DNA from: Solirubrobacteraceae bacterium
Lineage (GTDB): Bacteria; Actinomycetota; Thermoleophilia; Solirubrobacterales; Solirubrobacteraceae
Direction: 5' to 3'
NCBI GenBank assembly: GCA_035535075.1
Contig: DATLQS010000012.1
Location: forward strand, 6,494-70,493
DNA length: 64,000 nucleotides
Position numbers and translations under genes: made by a program. Positions 1 through 10,895 of the stretch are shown piece by piece. How positions within the stretch are numbered: the first letter of the stretch is position 1; every line of letters starts with the position of its first letter. The notes beneath the pieces were generated by a model. That model did not search any database. It was not told the origin of the DNA and was given only the letters and a program-made list of their open reading frames with translations.

Positions 1-1354
1 CCTGTTCGAGCGCGGCCAGGAACGCCTCGTCGAACGGTTGTGCCTCCTCGTCGCCGGCGGCGGCGGCCTCGCGCTGCGCGACAAACCGCGCGCGCTGCTC
101 GTCGGGGTCGTTGAGCTCGCTGAACGCGTTGGCGATCTCGATCCCGCCGGCGTAGGCCTCCCAGCGCTCGGCGAGCCCCTCGGCGCTGCGGTGGCGCTTG
201 GCGAACGGCGACAGCTCGACGGGGTAGTCGAAGATGAACGTCGGGGCCGCCAGCGTGGGCTCGACAGCGCTCGAGAGCAGATCGTCGACCAGGCCGGCCC
301 AACTGCGACCGGCGGTCTCGATCGCCAGTCCCGCGCTCTCGATCGCGCCGGCCAGCGCCGGCCGATCGCGGGCGCTCATCACGTCGATCCCGGTCTGCTC
401 GCGAATCGCCTCGCGCAACGTGACCCGCCGCCACGGTGTCGAGAAGTCGACTGCCGGGGCCGGGACGCTCGCCGCCGCCGCGCCGACGACGGCCTCCAGA
501 CGCGCGGCGGCGTCCTCGTAGTCCGCATAGGCCTCATACCACTCGACCATCGTGAACTCGGGGTTGTGCTTGGGACTGAGACCCTCGTTGCGGAAGTCCT
601 TGCCGAGCTCGTAGACGCGCTCGAGGCCGCCGACGATGCAGCGCTTCAGGTAGAGCTCGGTTGCGATCCGCAGATACAGCTGGCGATCGAGCGCGTTGTG
701 GTGAGTCACGAACGGCCGGGCTGCCGCACCGCCGTAGAGCGGCTGCAGGATCGGCGTCTCGACCTCGACGAACCCGTCCTCGTCGAGCGCCCGGCGCACG
801 GCGCTGATGATCCGCGCGCGGGTCAGGAACAGTGCGCGCGTCGGCTCGTTCGCGATCAGGTCGAGCTCGCGCCGGCGGAAGCGCGTCTCGACGTCGCTCA
901 GCCCGTGGTAGTGGTCCGGCGGCGGGCGCAGCGACTTGGCGAGCAGCGTGAACGACGTGACGCGCAGCGAGAGCTCGCCGCTCCGCGTGCGGATCGCAAT
1001 GCCGTCGGCACCGATCAGGTCACCGAGATCGAGCGAGAGCAGGCGCGCGAAGTCCTCATCGCCCAGTTCGTCGACCCGGGCGTAGAGCTGGATCCGTCCC
1101 GAACGGTCGACCAGGTCGATGAACGCGCCGGCCCTGCCGGCGGTGCGGCGTGCCGCAATCCGCCCGGCCACGCGATGCGCATGGTCGGTGTGCTCGTCGG
1201 CGCCGAGCCCCGCGTGCTCGGCGAGCACCGCGGCGACCTGCTCGACTCCGTCGAAGTCGTGCGGGAACGGCTCGATCCCCGCTTCGCGCAGCCGCTCGAG
1301 CTTGGCCCGCCGTGCGGCGAGCAGATCGGGCAGGCCGTGGTCATCCCCGCTCAC
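1..1354 (-). CDS. lysS: lysine--tRNA ligase, class II (first ~450 codons; C-terminus lies beyond the left edge)
   Basis: My own minus-strand translation from GTG at 1354 gives VSGDDHGLPDLLAARRAKLERLREAGIEPFPHDF ... ETPILQPLYGGAAARPF ... YLRIATELYLKR ... FRNEGLSPKHNPEFTMVEWY ... FIFDYPVELSPFAKRH. The frame is open to position 1, which is why it is missing from the ORF track. The listed 38..1372(+) ORF is its antisense shadow. Confidence 0.9.
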   Translation of the reverse strand, partial: MSGDDHGLPDLLAARRAKLERLREAGIEPFPHDFDGVEQVAAVLAEHAGLGADEHTDHAHRVAGRIAARRTAGRAGAFIDLVDRSGRIQLYARVDELGDEDFARLLSLDLGDLIGADGIAIRTRSGELSLRVTSFTLLAKSLRPPPDHYHGLSDVETRFRRRELDLIANEPTRALFLTRARIISAVRRALDEDGFVEVETPILQPLYGGAAARPFVTHHNALDRQLYLRIATELYLKRCIVGGLERVYELGKDFRNEGLSPKHNPEFTMVEWYEAYADYEDAAARLEAVVGAAAASVPAPAVDFSTPWRRVTLREAIREQTGIDVMSARDRPALAGAIESAGLAIETAGRSWAGLVDDLLSSAVEPTLAAPTFIFDYPVELSPFAKRHRSAEGLAERWEAYAGGIEIANAFSELNDPDEQRARFVAQREAAAAGDEEAQPFDEAFLAALEQ

Positions 1355-1364
1355 CGCGGGGAGG

Positions 1365-1850
1365 CTACTTGAGACCGACGTCGATCTTGGTGATCTTGAG
1401 CTTGCGGGCCGGACCGCGGGGCACCTGCACCGAGACGGTCTCGTTGCGCTTGCGGCCGAGCAGCGCCCGGCCGACCGGCGACTCGTTGGACAGCTTGTTC
1501 TCGGCGGGCTTGGCCTCGGCCGACCCGACGATCGTGTAACGGGCCGACTTGCCGGTCTTCTCGTCCTTGACGTGCACGACCGACCCGACGGCGACGACGT
1601 CGGTCGACAGGGCGTCGGCCTCGATCACCGTCGCCATCCGCAGCTTCTCGGCCACGACGGCGATCCGCGCCTCGAGCATCGCCTGCTCGTTCTTGGCGTC
1701 GTCGTACTCGGAGTTCTCGGCGATGTCGCCGAACTCACGGGCCTCCTTGATCCGCTCGGCCACCTCACGGCGCTTCTCCGTGGAGAGGTAGTCAAGCTCG
1801 GACTGGAGCTTTTCGAGTCCTTCGGGGGTGAGGATGACGTCCTTGGGCAA
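1365..1850 (-). CDS. greA: transcription elongation factor GreA
   Basis: 161 aa: MPKDVILTPEGLEKLQSELDYL ... REFGDIAENSEYDDAKNEQAMLEARI. Typical GreA coiled-coil plus C-terminal globular domain. Ends 10 nt before the lysS start. Confidence 0.95.
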   Translation of the reverse strand: MPKDVILTPEGLEKLQSELDYLSTEKRREVAERIKEAREFGDIAENSEYDDAKNEQAMLEARIAVVAEKLRMATVIEADALSTDVVAVGSVVHVKDEKTGKSARYTIVGSAEAKPAENKLSNESPVGRALLGRKRNETVSVQVPRGPARKLKITKIDVGLK

Positions 1851-1901
1851 TTGATCCTCGCTGGCTGATGTGTGCGGCGGCCGGGCAGTATAGCGAGCAC
1901 G

Positions 1902-2903
1902 TCACACGAGCTGCGGGTCCAGCTCCCCGTCGAGCAGATCGCGAACCAGCGCGAAGGAGTCGAGCTGTTGCAGCGCGCTCTGCAGGGCCCGCGCGCGCGC
2001 CGGCTCGAGTCCCAGACGCGCCACGTACCACGGGTAGAAACGCCGCAGGTAGCGGACGGCGCGGGCCACGCCGATGTGCTCGATCGCCGCGCCGATCACC
2101 CAGTCGAGCTCGGCGAGCACCTCCCTCGGCTGCGGCGGCGCGTCCCGGAGCCCGAGCAGCTCCTCGAACAGCCACGGGTTGCCCAGCGCGCCGCGCGCGA
2201 GCATGACCGCCGCGACACCGGTCTGCGCGTAGGCGTCGCGAACCGCTGCGGCGCTGTCCAAGCCCCCGCTCAGCAGCACCGGCGCGTCGAGCGTGCGGAC
2301 GAGCTCGGCGGCGAGCGCGTAGTCGGGGCGCCCGCGATGGGCGAGCGTCGCCGGACGCGGATGCAGCGCGATCGCCGCGACCCCGGCTTCGTCGACCAGC
2401 CGGTGCGCCAGCGCGATGCCGTCGTGCTCGCCGGCCCGCCAGCCTGAGCGCAGCTTGACCGTGACGGGCAGGCCACTGCCCTCGGCGGCCGCTCGCGCGA
2501 CGGCGACCGCGCGGTCGGAGTCCGCCAGCAGGGCCGCGCCGGCGCCGGTGCGGCAGACCTTGGGCACCGGGCAGCCCATGTTGATGTCGATCAGGTCGGC
2601 GCCCGCCGCGGCGGCGGTCGCGGCGGCCGAGCGCATGATCTGCGGATCGGCGCCGAACAGCTGGATCGACACCGCGCCGCCGTCGCGTTCGCGCGGGTCG
2701 ATCCGCAGCAGCTCGCGGCACGTCTTCTCGTTGCGGTAGTGGATGGCGAAGCTCGAGACCATCTCCGAGACGACCAGGCCGGCGCCGTAGCGCCGCGCCT
2801 GCAGGCGCACGAACCAGCTGCCGATTCCGGCCAGCGGCGCGAGGGCCAGCCGGTTGGGCAGCTCGACGCCGCCCAGCGTCACGCGGTCGGTGAGTTCGGG
2901 CAT
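1902..2903 (-). CDS. dus: tRNA-dihydrouridine synthase
   Basis: 333 aa with LAPLAGIGSWFVR, DINMGCPVPKV (catalytic Cys loop) and TVKLRSGW. Confidence 0.9.
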   Translation of the reverse strand: MPELTDRVTLGGVELPNRLALAPLAGIGSWFVRLQARRYGAGLVVSEMVSSFAIHYRNEKTCRELLRIDPRERDGGAVSIQLFGADPQIMRSAAATAAAAGADLIDINMGCPVPKVCRTGAGAALLADSDRAVAVARAAAEGSGLPVTVKLRSGWRAGEHDGIALAHRLVDEAGVAAIALHPRPATLAHRGRPDYALAAELVRTLDAPVLLSGGLDSAAAVRDAYAQTGVAAVMLARGALGNPWLFEELLGLRDAPPQPREVLAELDWVIGAAIEHIGVARAVRYLRRFYPWYVARLGLEPARARALQSALQQLDSFALVRDLLDGELDPQLV

Positions 2904-3045
2904 GCCCCCAGGGTAGTCTGCACGGCGATCGAGAGCACCGGACGACGCGTGATCGCCGCGGCCCTCGGAGTCGTCACGAGGCTCTCGACCGCCGCGGCCG
3001 CCGGCGCTGGAGCGGGCTCGCCCTTCGCCGCCGAGCCGCCCCCGC

Positions 3046-3813
3046 TCAGCGGTTGAGCTCCCAGATCAGGCGCAGCCCCTCCAGCGTCAGCAGATCGTCG
3101 ACGGCACCGATCGACTCGGTGAACGACGGCACCAGGTGGTGAGCCAGCCCGCCGGTCGCGATCACCGGTACGTCGGCGCCGAGCTCCGCCCGCAGCCGCC
3201 CCACGATGCCGTCAACCTGCCCGGCGAAGCCGTAGACGACGCCCGAACGCACGGCGTCGGCCGTCGTCTTGCCGATCAGCGAGCGCGGCTCCCCGAGCTC
3301 GACCTGCGAGAGCTTCGCGGCGCGCAGGGCGAGCGCCTCGAGGGAGATCTCGATTCCGGGCGAGATGATGCCCCCGAGATACTCGCCGGCCGCCGAGACG
3401 ACGTCGTAGGTGATCGCCGTGCCGAAATCGACGACGATGCACGCGCGCCGGAACCGCGCCCACGCCGCGACGGCGTTGACCAGACGGTCGGCGCCGAGCT
3501 CGCGAGGATTGTCCATCCGGATCGGCATCCCCGTCTTGACGCCCGGACCGACGACGAGCATGTCGTGCTCGAGGTAGCGGCGCGCCATCTCCACCCACTC
3601 GGGCGCGAGCTCCGGGACCGTCGAGGAGAGCACCGATGCGCTGACGTCCTCGAAGCTCAGCCCGCGAAGTGCGAGCAGGCTGCGCAGCGCGGCGCCGAGC
3701 TGGTCGGAGGTCGAGCTGCGGTCGGTGGCAAAACGCCAGTGCTCGACGATCTCCGCGTCGCGGACGGCCCCGAAGTGGGTCTGCGTGTTGCCGACGTCGA
3801 CGACCAGGAGCAC
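3046..3813 (-). CDS. coaX: type III pantothenate kinase
   Basis: 255 aa with a GTG start. Motifs LLVVDVGNTQTHFG, VVDFGTAITYD and ATGGLA. Confidence 0.9.
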   Translation of the reverse strand: MLLVVDVGNTQTHFGAVRDAEIVEHWRFATDRSSTSDQLGAALRSLLALRGLSFEDVSASVLSSTVPELAPEWVEMARRYLEHDMLVVGPGVKTGMPIRMDNPRELGADRLVNAVAAWARFRRACIVVDFGTAITYDVVSAAGEYLGGIISPGIEISLEALALRAAKLSQVELGEPRSLIGKTTADAVRSGVVYGFAGQVDGIVGRLRAELGADVPVIATGGLAHHLVPSFTESIGAVDDLLTLEGLRLIWELNR

Positions 3814-3842
3814 GAGCGGATTATGGCCTTAGCGACGGTCCA

Positions 3843-4358
3843 CTACGCGGGCACCTCGAGCCTCGGGCCCGCTCGCCGCACGCCCTCGTCGAAGCTGAGC
3901 ACCGCGAGCGCGTCAGCCAACCCCTCGCCGGCCGGCGTGCGCAGGTCGAAGTCCAGCTCGAGCAGCGGGATCAGCACGAAGCGGCGTTCGAGCACCTGCG
4001 GGTGGGGGATGCGCAGGCGCTCGGATGCGTGCTCGAGCTGGCCGAGCAGCAGCACGTCGACGTCGATCAGCCGGGGGCCGTGGCGAACGCCGCCAGCTTC
4101 CCGCCCCAGGTCGCGTTCCAGCGCCTTGCACAGCTCGAGCAGCTCGACGGGGCCCAGCGCGGTCTCGATGCGCAGCGCCGCGTTCAGGAAGGCGGGCTGG
4201 TCGCGGATCTCCCCGACCGGGTCGGTGTCGTAGGTCGAGGAGGAGGCCAGCACGCACACCCCGCGGGCAACGAGGCCGTCGACCGCCGACTGGAGGTTGG
4301 CGCGGCGGTCGCCGACGTTGGAGCCGAGCCCGAGGTATCCGACGCGAGCGGCGCTCAC
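3843..4358 (-). CDS. folK: 2-amino-4-hydroxy-6-hydroxymethyldihydropteridine diphosphokinase
   Basis: C-terminal 171 codons of listed ORF 3843..4679: VGYLGLGSNVGDR ... STYDTDPVG ... PRLIDVDVLL ... IPHPQVLERRFVL. GTG at 4358 overlaps the TGA of the upstream TetR gene (GTGA). The ORF part upstream of 4358 is Arg/Pro-rich junk. Confidence 0.88.
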   Translation of the reverse strand: MSAARVGYLGLGSNVGDRRANLQSAVDGLVARGVCVLASSSTYDTDPVGEIRDQPAFLNAALRIETALGPVELLELCKALERDLGREAGGVRHGPRLIDVDVLLLGQLEHASERLRIPHPQVLERRFVLIPLLELDFDLRTPAGEGLADALAVLSFDEGVRRAGPRLEVPA

Positions 4359-4888
4359 CAGCTCGCGCTGTCGCCGATCGCCGGGAAGTCCATCGCGGCA
4401 GCGACGTTCAAGAGCATGCCCCGGGCGATGAAGTCCTGCAGCTGCTGCCCGCTCGCCCCCGACAGCCGCGCGATCTCCGCGCACAGCCACTCGAACCCCT
4501 CGCGTGCCACCTCGCGGATCTCGGGGTCCGAGCAGGCCGCGTACAGCTGCATCTGGCTGAGCAGCAGCTCGCGGTCGGCCAGCATCACGCGATAGGCCTG
4601 TCCCATCGAGGCGAGGCGCTCGGTCGGATCGGCGCCGATCGCCGCGGCGGCAAAGGTCTCCTGGATGCGCTTGCGGCACAGGTGCGAGCAGGCGATGAAC
4701 AGCTGCTTCTTCGTACCGAACAGGCGAAACAGATACGCGTGCGAGATCCCGGCGCGCCTGGCGATCGACTCCGTCGAGGTGCCGTGCAGCCCGCCGACCG
4801 CGAACTCGCTCAGGGCGGCGGCCAGCAGCTCGGCGCGGCGCTCCGGCGCCGTGCTGCGGACGCGTGGCGCACCGGTTGGTCGATTCAT
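4355..4888 (-). CDS. TetR family transcriptional regulator
   Basis: Internal ATG at 4888 of ORF 4355..5161. HTH segment LHGTSTESIARRAGISHAYLFRLFGTKKQLF. Sits between folB and folK. Confidence 0.8.
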   Translation of the reverse strand: MNRPTGAPRVRSTAPERRAELLAAALSEFAVGGLHGTSTESIARRAGISHAYLFRLFGTKKQLFIACSHLCRKRIQETFAAAAIGADPTERLASMGQAYRVMLADRELLLSQMQLYAACSDPEIREVAREGFEWLCAEIARLSGASGQQLQDFIARGMLLNVAAAMDFPAIGDSASW

Positions 4889-4901
4889 GCCGTCAACCGC
4901 C

Positions 4902-5333
4902 TCACTCCGGCAGCTCGCGCCAGACCTCCACCGAGACTTCCTCGACCGCCAGCGGGATCGGCGGCTCCGGCTTCGCGGCCTTGACCCACACCGCCTCGGC
5001 ACCGAAGTCCTCGATGATCCGATCGGCGACCACGGTGCACAGGCGCTCGAGCGTCTTGTAGTTGCGCTGCTGCGCCACCAGCGCGACGAGCTGGCACACC
5101 TCGCCGTAGTCGACGGTGTCCTCGATCCGATCGGTCTCGGTGGCGTCGGACTCGCCGACATCGATGCGGATGTCGAACAGCAGACGCTGTCCGACCTCGC
5201 GCTCGGCCGCGCTGACGCCGACGTGGGTGTACAGGGAGAGCCCCGAGATCTCGATCGTGACGACGGTCTGCACGCCGGCGTCGAGGTCGAGCTCGTCGTC
5301 GGAGTCCAGTTCGTCGTCGGGCTCGTCGTTCAT
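4902..5333 (-). CDS. folB: dihydroneopterin aldolase (with acidic N-terminal extension if the ATG at 5333 is used)
   Basis: 143 aa. The core VVTIEISGLSLYTHVGVSAAEREVGQRLLFDIRID ... DYGEV is FolB-like. ATG 5333 overlaps the folP stop (ATGA). An alternative GTG at 5273 would remove the MNDEPDDELDSDDELDLDAG tail. Confidence 0.85.
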   Translation of the reverse strand: MNDEPDDELDSDDELDLDAGVQTVVTIEISGLSLYTHVGVSAAEREVGQRLLFDIRIDVGESDATETDRIEDTVDYGEVCQLVALVAQQRNYKTLERLCTVVADRIIEDFGAEAVWVKAAKPEPPIPLAVEEVSVEVWRELPE

Positions 5334-6136
5334 CGCACGCTGACCGTAGCAGCCGCGACCTCGAGCGCGTCATGGACGGCGCCGACGTCGTGCACCCGAA
5401 ACACGCTCGCGCCGCGCAGCAGCGCGATCACGTTGGTGGCGATCGTGCCGGCGAGGCGATCGCGGTCGCGGCTCCCGGCGAGCGCCCCGAGGAACGACTT
5501 GCGCGAGGTGCCGATCAGGATCGGCTGCCCGAGAACCGCCAGCTCGCCGAGACGATCGAGCAGTTCGAGATTGTGCGCGACGGTCTTGCCGAAGCCGATC
5601 CCCGGATCCACGACGATCCGCTCGCGCTCGATTCCGGCGGCTCGGGCGACGGCGACGCGCTCCGCGAGAAACTCCCGCACCTCGCCGACGACATCGTCGT
5701 AGCGCGGCTCGTGCTGCATCGTTCGCGGCTCGCCCTGCATGTGCGTCAGCGCGCACTCGGCGCCCCGTGCGGCGACCAGCGCGGCCAGCTCAGGCGACCC
5801 GCGGAACGCTGTCACATCGTTGACGAACGTCGCACCGGCGTCGAGCGCCGCGCGGGCCACCTCGAGCTTGGAGGTGTCGATCGAGATCACCGCGTCGACG
5901 CCGGCGGCGACGAGTCCCTCGATCACCGGGACGACGCGACGCAACTCCTCCGCCGTCTCGACCGCCACCGCCCCCGGTCGTGTCGACTCCCCGCCGACGT
6001 CGATGATCGCCGCGCCCTCCGCCGCGAGCAGCAGCCCGTGCTCGATCGCCGCGGCGGCATCCAGGTAGCGGCCGCCGTCCGAGAAGGAGTCGGGCGTCAC
6101 GTTGAGGATCCCCATGATCCGGATGCCCGCCCTCAC
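5330..6136 (-). CDS. folP: dihydropteroate synthase
   Basis: IMGILNVTPDSFSDGG ... IIDVGGESTRPG ... VVDPGIGFGK ... LIGTSRKSF. GTG at 6136 follows GGGAGGA with a 7-nt spacer; ATG at 6115 is the alternative. The longer listed ORF (to 6523) would overlap ftsH and is rejected. Confidence 0.9.
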   Translation of the reverse strand: MRAGIRIMGILNVTPDSFSDGGRYLDAAAAIEHGLLLAAEGAAIIDVGGESTRPGAVAVETAEELRRVVPVIEGLVAAGVDAVISIDTSKLEVARAALDAGATFVNDVTAFRGSPELAALVAARGAECALTHMQGEPRTMQHEPRYDDVVGEVREFLAERVAVARAAGIERERIVVDPGIGFGKTVAHNLELLDRLGELAVLGQPILIGTSRKSFLGALAGSRDRDRLAGTIATNVIALLRGASVFRVHDVGAVHDALEVAAATVSVR

Positions 6137-6182
6137 CTCGGCATCCTCCCAGACGGTTGCGGTCTCGGGCGCGCGGGCAGCG

Positions 6183-8165
<1,983 letters not shown>

Positions 8166-8264
8166 TGGCTCCGCGGGGTCGGGGACGTCATGTCCAAGGC
8201 GTGCAAGCGTACCACGGCGCTCCGGCGGTCAATGCAGGGTTGGAGCGAGGCTGCAACGGACCGA

Positions 8265-8816
8265 TCAGCTTCCGGCGAGTGCGGCGACGTACGGGAGGTT
8301 GCGATAACGCTCCGCGTGATCGAGGCCGTAGCCGATCGCGAAGCAGTTGGCGATCTCGAAGCCGACGTATTTCACCGGCAGGTCGACCTTGCGCCGGTCG
8401 GGCTTGGTCAGCAGGGCGCAGACCTCCACGGTCGCCGGGTTGCGGGCGCCCAGGCTGCGCAGCAGGTACTGCAGCGTCAGGCCGGAATCGACGATGTCCT
8501 CGACGATCAGGACGTCGCGCCCCTCGATCGGCGCGTCGAGATCCTTGAGGATCCGGACGACCCCCGACGAGTCGGTCGCCGAACCGTAGGACGCCACCGC
8601 CATGAAGTCGAGCTCGCAGGGCACATCGACGTGGCGCATCAGGTCGCTGGCGAAGAACACCGCGCCCTTCAGCACGCAGACCATCAGCAGATCCCTGTTC
8701 AGGTAGTCGCGCGACACCTCCTTGCCGAGGGCGCGCACGCGGCGCTGGAGCGCCTTGGCTTCGACGAGGGTCTCGCCCAGCAGCGGATCGGCCATCGAGG
8801 GGGTCAGTGTAGTCAC
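8265..8816 (-). CDS. hpt: hypoxanthine phosphoribosyltransferase
   Basis: LLMVCVLKGAVFFASDL ... DFMAVASYG ... DVLIVEDIVDSGLTL (PRPP loop) ... GYGLDHAERYRNLPYV. GTG 8816 forms a GTGA overlap with the tilS stop. ATG 8795 is an equally plausible start. Confidence 0.88.
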   Translation of the reverse strand: MTTLTPSMADPLLGETLVEAKALQRRVRALGKEVSRDYLNRDLLMVCVLKGAVFFASDLMRHVDVPCELDFMAVASYGSATDSSGVVRILKDLDAPIEGRDVLIVEDIVDSGLTLQYLLRSLGARNPATVEVCALLTKPDRRKVDLPVKYVGFEIANCFAIGYGLDHAERYRNLPYVAALAGS

Positions 8817-10135
8817 GCACGCTCGGCGCGGAGCACCGCCACCCGGCGCGTGTCGGGCCGCACGCGAAACCGCTCGGCGGTGGCGACGCTTGGGATCCAC
8901 GCGATCTCGGCGTCGCTGAGCAGGATCGGCAGCGACGCGCGCTGCGCCCGCGGGATCCTGCGATCGGTGAACAGATCGGCGAGCGTCTTGGTGCCGCCGA
9001 GTCCAAGCGGGCGCATCCGGTCGCCCGGGCGCCACGCGCGAACGGTCAACGGGCCATCCCGCAGCCGGTCGGCGTCGAGCATCCCGACGGTGCCGCCGGC
9101 GGCTGCGAGCAGCGGCGCGACAGCCGGCTCGACGGTGGCGCTGACCGCCCAGGAGCCGAACTCGACGGCGCCGGGGAGCTCGAGCGATTGCTCATCCGGC
9201 GCCCGCAGCGGCCGCTCACGTGTGAAGCGCAGGACCCCGTACTCGACCACCGCGCGGACGCCGCTGCCGACCTCGAGCGCGGCACTGCCGCCGCCCCGCC
9301 CGAGCTCCAGCAGCTCACCCAGGCGCGAGCCGACGGCGGCGACCGGCTCGCCGGCGGCGTCCTCGGCGAGGCGGATCACGACCAGCCGCGCCAGCGCGAC
9401 CGGCAGTTCGGCGAGTCGTGTCAGCGCGACCCGCGCCCGCCCGGCCAGCGCGACGTCGACGACGTCGTCGAGGACCGCAGCCTCGGCACGCAGGATCTCG
9501 ACGCTGCGCAGCAGGTTCTGCTCGGCCGCCGGGTGAACGCCGCGGAGCCCGCGCAGGACACGGTGTCGCACGCGCCCGCGCGCGAAGCGATCCGAATCGT
9601 TGGAGCTGTCGTCGCGCCACGCCAGGCCGCGCGCGACGCAGTGCGCGGCCGTCTGCTCGCGCGTCAACGCCAGCAGCGGCCTGATCAGGCGCCCCTCGCG
9701 CGGCGCCATTCCGAGCAGCGCCCGCCGCCCCGGTGAGGCCGCCAGGCGATAGAGCACGGTTTCGGCCTGATCCGAGGCCGTGTGGCCGGTCGCGATCAGC
9801 GCCCCGCCGGAGAGCTCGAGTGCCCGTGCGTAGCGCAGATCGCGCGCCCACGCCTGCAGGTTTCCGCGCTCGGGCGCGGCCGGCGCCGCGGCGCAGACGC
9901 AGCGCACGCCGAGGCGCTCGCCCAGCTCCCTGACGTGGCGCTCGTCGCCGTCGGACTCCTCGCCGCGCAGGCCGTAGTTGACGTGCAGCACCGTCACCCG
10001 CGACGCCCCGCAGATGCTCACCAGCACGTCGAGCAGGCAGACCGAGTCGCGACCGCCCGAAACCAGCGCGACCACGCGATCGGACGGCGAGAGGACCCCG
10101 CCGGCACGGACCGCCTCGAGCACCGAGCCTGGCAT
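8813..10135 (-). CDS. tilS: tRNA(Ile)-lysidine synthetase
   Basis: Internal ATG 10135 of ORF 8813..10306. PP-loop VVALVSGGRDSVCLL, plus GHTASDQAETVLYRL and the C-terminal WRPGDRMRPLG ... KTLADLF domain. Confidence 0.88.
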   Translation of the reverse strand: MPGSVLEAVRAGGVLSPSDRVVALVSGGRDSVCLLDVLVSICGASRVTVLHVNYGLRGEESDGDERHVRELGERLGVRCVCAAAPAAPERGNLQAWARDLRYARALELSGGALIATGHTASDQAETVLYRLAASPGRRALLGMAPREGRLIRPLLALTREQTAAHCVARGLAWRDDSSNDSDRFARGRVRHRVLRGLRGVHPAAEQNLLRSVEILRAEAAVLDDVVDVALAGRARVALTRLAELPVALARLVVIRLAEDAAGEPVAAVGSRLGELLELGRGGGSAALEVGSGVRAVVEYGVLRFTRERPLRAPDEQSLELPGAVEFGSWAVSATVEPAVAPLLAAAGGTVGMLDADRLRDGPLTVRAWRPGDRMRPLGLGGTKTLADLFTDRRIPRAQRASLPILLSDAEIAWIPSVATAERFRVRPDTRRVAVLRAERA

Positions 10136-10169
10136 CCCCACAGATTCGCAGACCGCGATAATCGCTCGC

Positions 10170-10895
10170 CTGAACGACCCGCCCACCGCGATCCACCTGC
10201 ACCCGACCGCGCCGCTCGCGCCGCGCGTCCTGCTCCCCGGCGACCCCGGCCGCGCGCTCGCCCTCGCCCAGGAGTTGCTGACCGAGCCGCGCATGTTCAA
10301 CCACAACCGCGGCCTCTGGGGTTACACCGGCGCCGCGGGCGACGGTGAGCTGCTGACCATTCAGAGCACCGGCATCGGCGGACCCTCAGCGGCGATCGTG
10401 CTCGAGGAGCTGATCGCGCTCGGTGTGACGCGGGCGATCCGCGTCGGCACCGCGGGGGCACTCGACGGCGTGCTCGGCCTGGGCGACCTGCTGGTCGTGT
10501 CCGAGGCGATCTGCGCCGACGGAACCAGCCGCGCGCTCGGCGCCGGCGAACGGATCCCAGCCGACCCCGGCCTGCTCGCGTCGCTGTGCCGCTGCGCACC
10601 GCACGCCCCGAGCGCGACGATCGTCTCGAGCGACCTGTTCTACGAGACCGGGGAGCCGCGCTTCGCCGCGTGGCATGCGCAGGGCGCGCGCGCCGTCGAG
10701 ATGGAGGCCGCCACGCTGTTCGCGGTCGGGGCGCTGCGCGGCATCGCGGTCGGCTGCGTGCTCGCGATCACCGATCTGCTGAGCGGGCCGCGCGAGCGCA
10801 TCGACGCGGCGCATCTTCACGATGCCGGGCTTGCCGTCGGGCGGATCGGCGCCGGCGCTCTGGGAGCCGGCGGCGCGGCGGTCCCGCCGCGCTAA
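10170..10895 (+). CDS. purine/uridine nucleoside phosphorylase family protein (PNP_UDP_1); start codon uncertain
   Basis: PRVLLPGDPGRALALA (phosphate loop, compare DeoD VLMPGDPLRA), IQSTGIGGPSAAIVLEEL, RVGTAGAL, VEMEAATLF. There is no ATG/GTG/TTG between tilS and the conserved core. Candidate in-frame starts are CTG 10170, ATC 10161 and ATA 10158, or ATG 10014 overlapping tilS antisense. Confidence 0.7.
   Translation: MNDPPTAIHLHPTAPLAPRVLLPGDPGRALALAQELLTEPRMFNHNRGLWGYTGAAGDGELLTIQSTGIGGPSAAIVLEELIALGVTRAIRVGTAGALDGVLGLGDLLVVSEAICADGTSRALGAGERIPADPGLLASLCRCAPHAPSATIVSSDLFYETGEPRFAAWHAQGARAVEMEAATLFAVGALRGIAVGCVLAITDLLSGPRERIDAAHLHDAGLAVGRIGAGALGAGGAAVPPR

Noticed and set aside
38-1372. 444-aa plus-strand ORF covering the left edge
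   Set aside because: Arg/Gly/Asp/Val-rich with no recognisable motifs. The opposite strand encodes an unmistakable LysRS (FRNEG, class II motifs) in a frame open to the window edge. It is a typical antisense shadow ORF of a high-GC genome.
2904-3045. tRNA, rRNA or other classic RNA genes in the larger gaps (2904..3045, 8166..8264, 26895..27177, 43338..43705, 48148..48273)
   Set aside because: I saw no cloverleaf-compatible arrangement (no GTTCRANYC T-loop with matching acceptor stems) and no rRNA-like conserved blocks. Structured small RNAs cannot be excluded without covariance-model searches.
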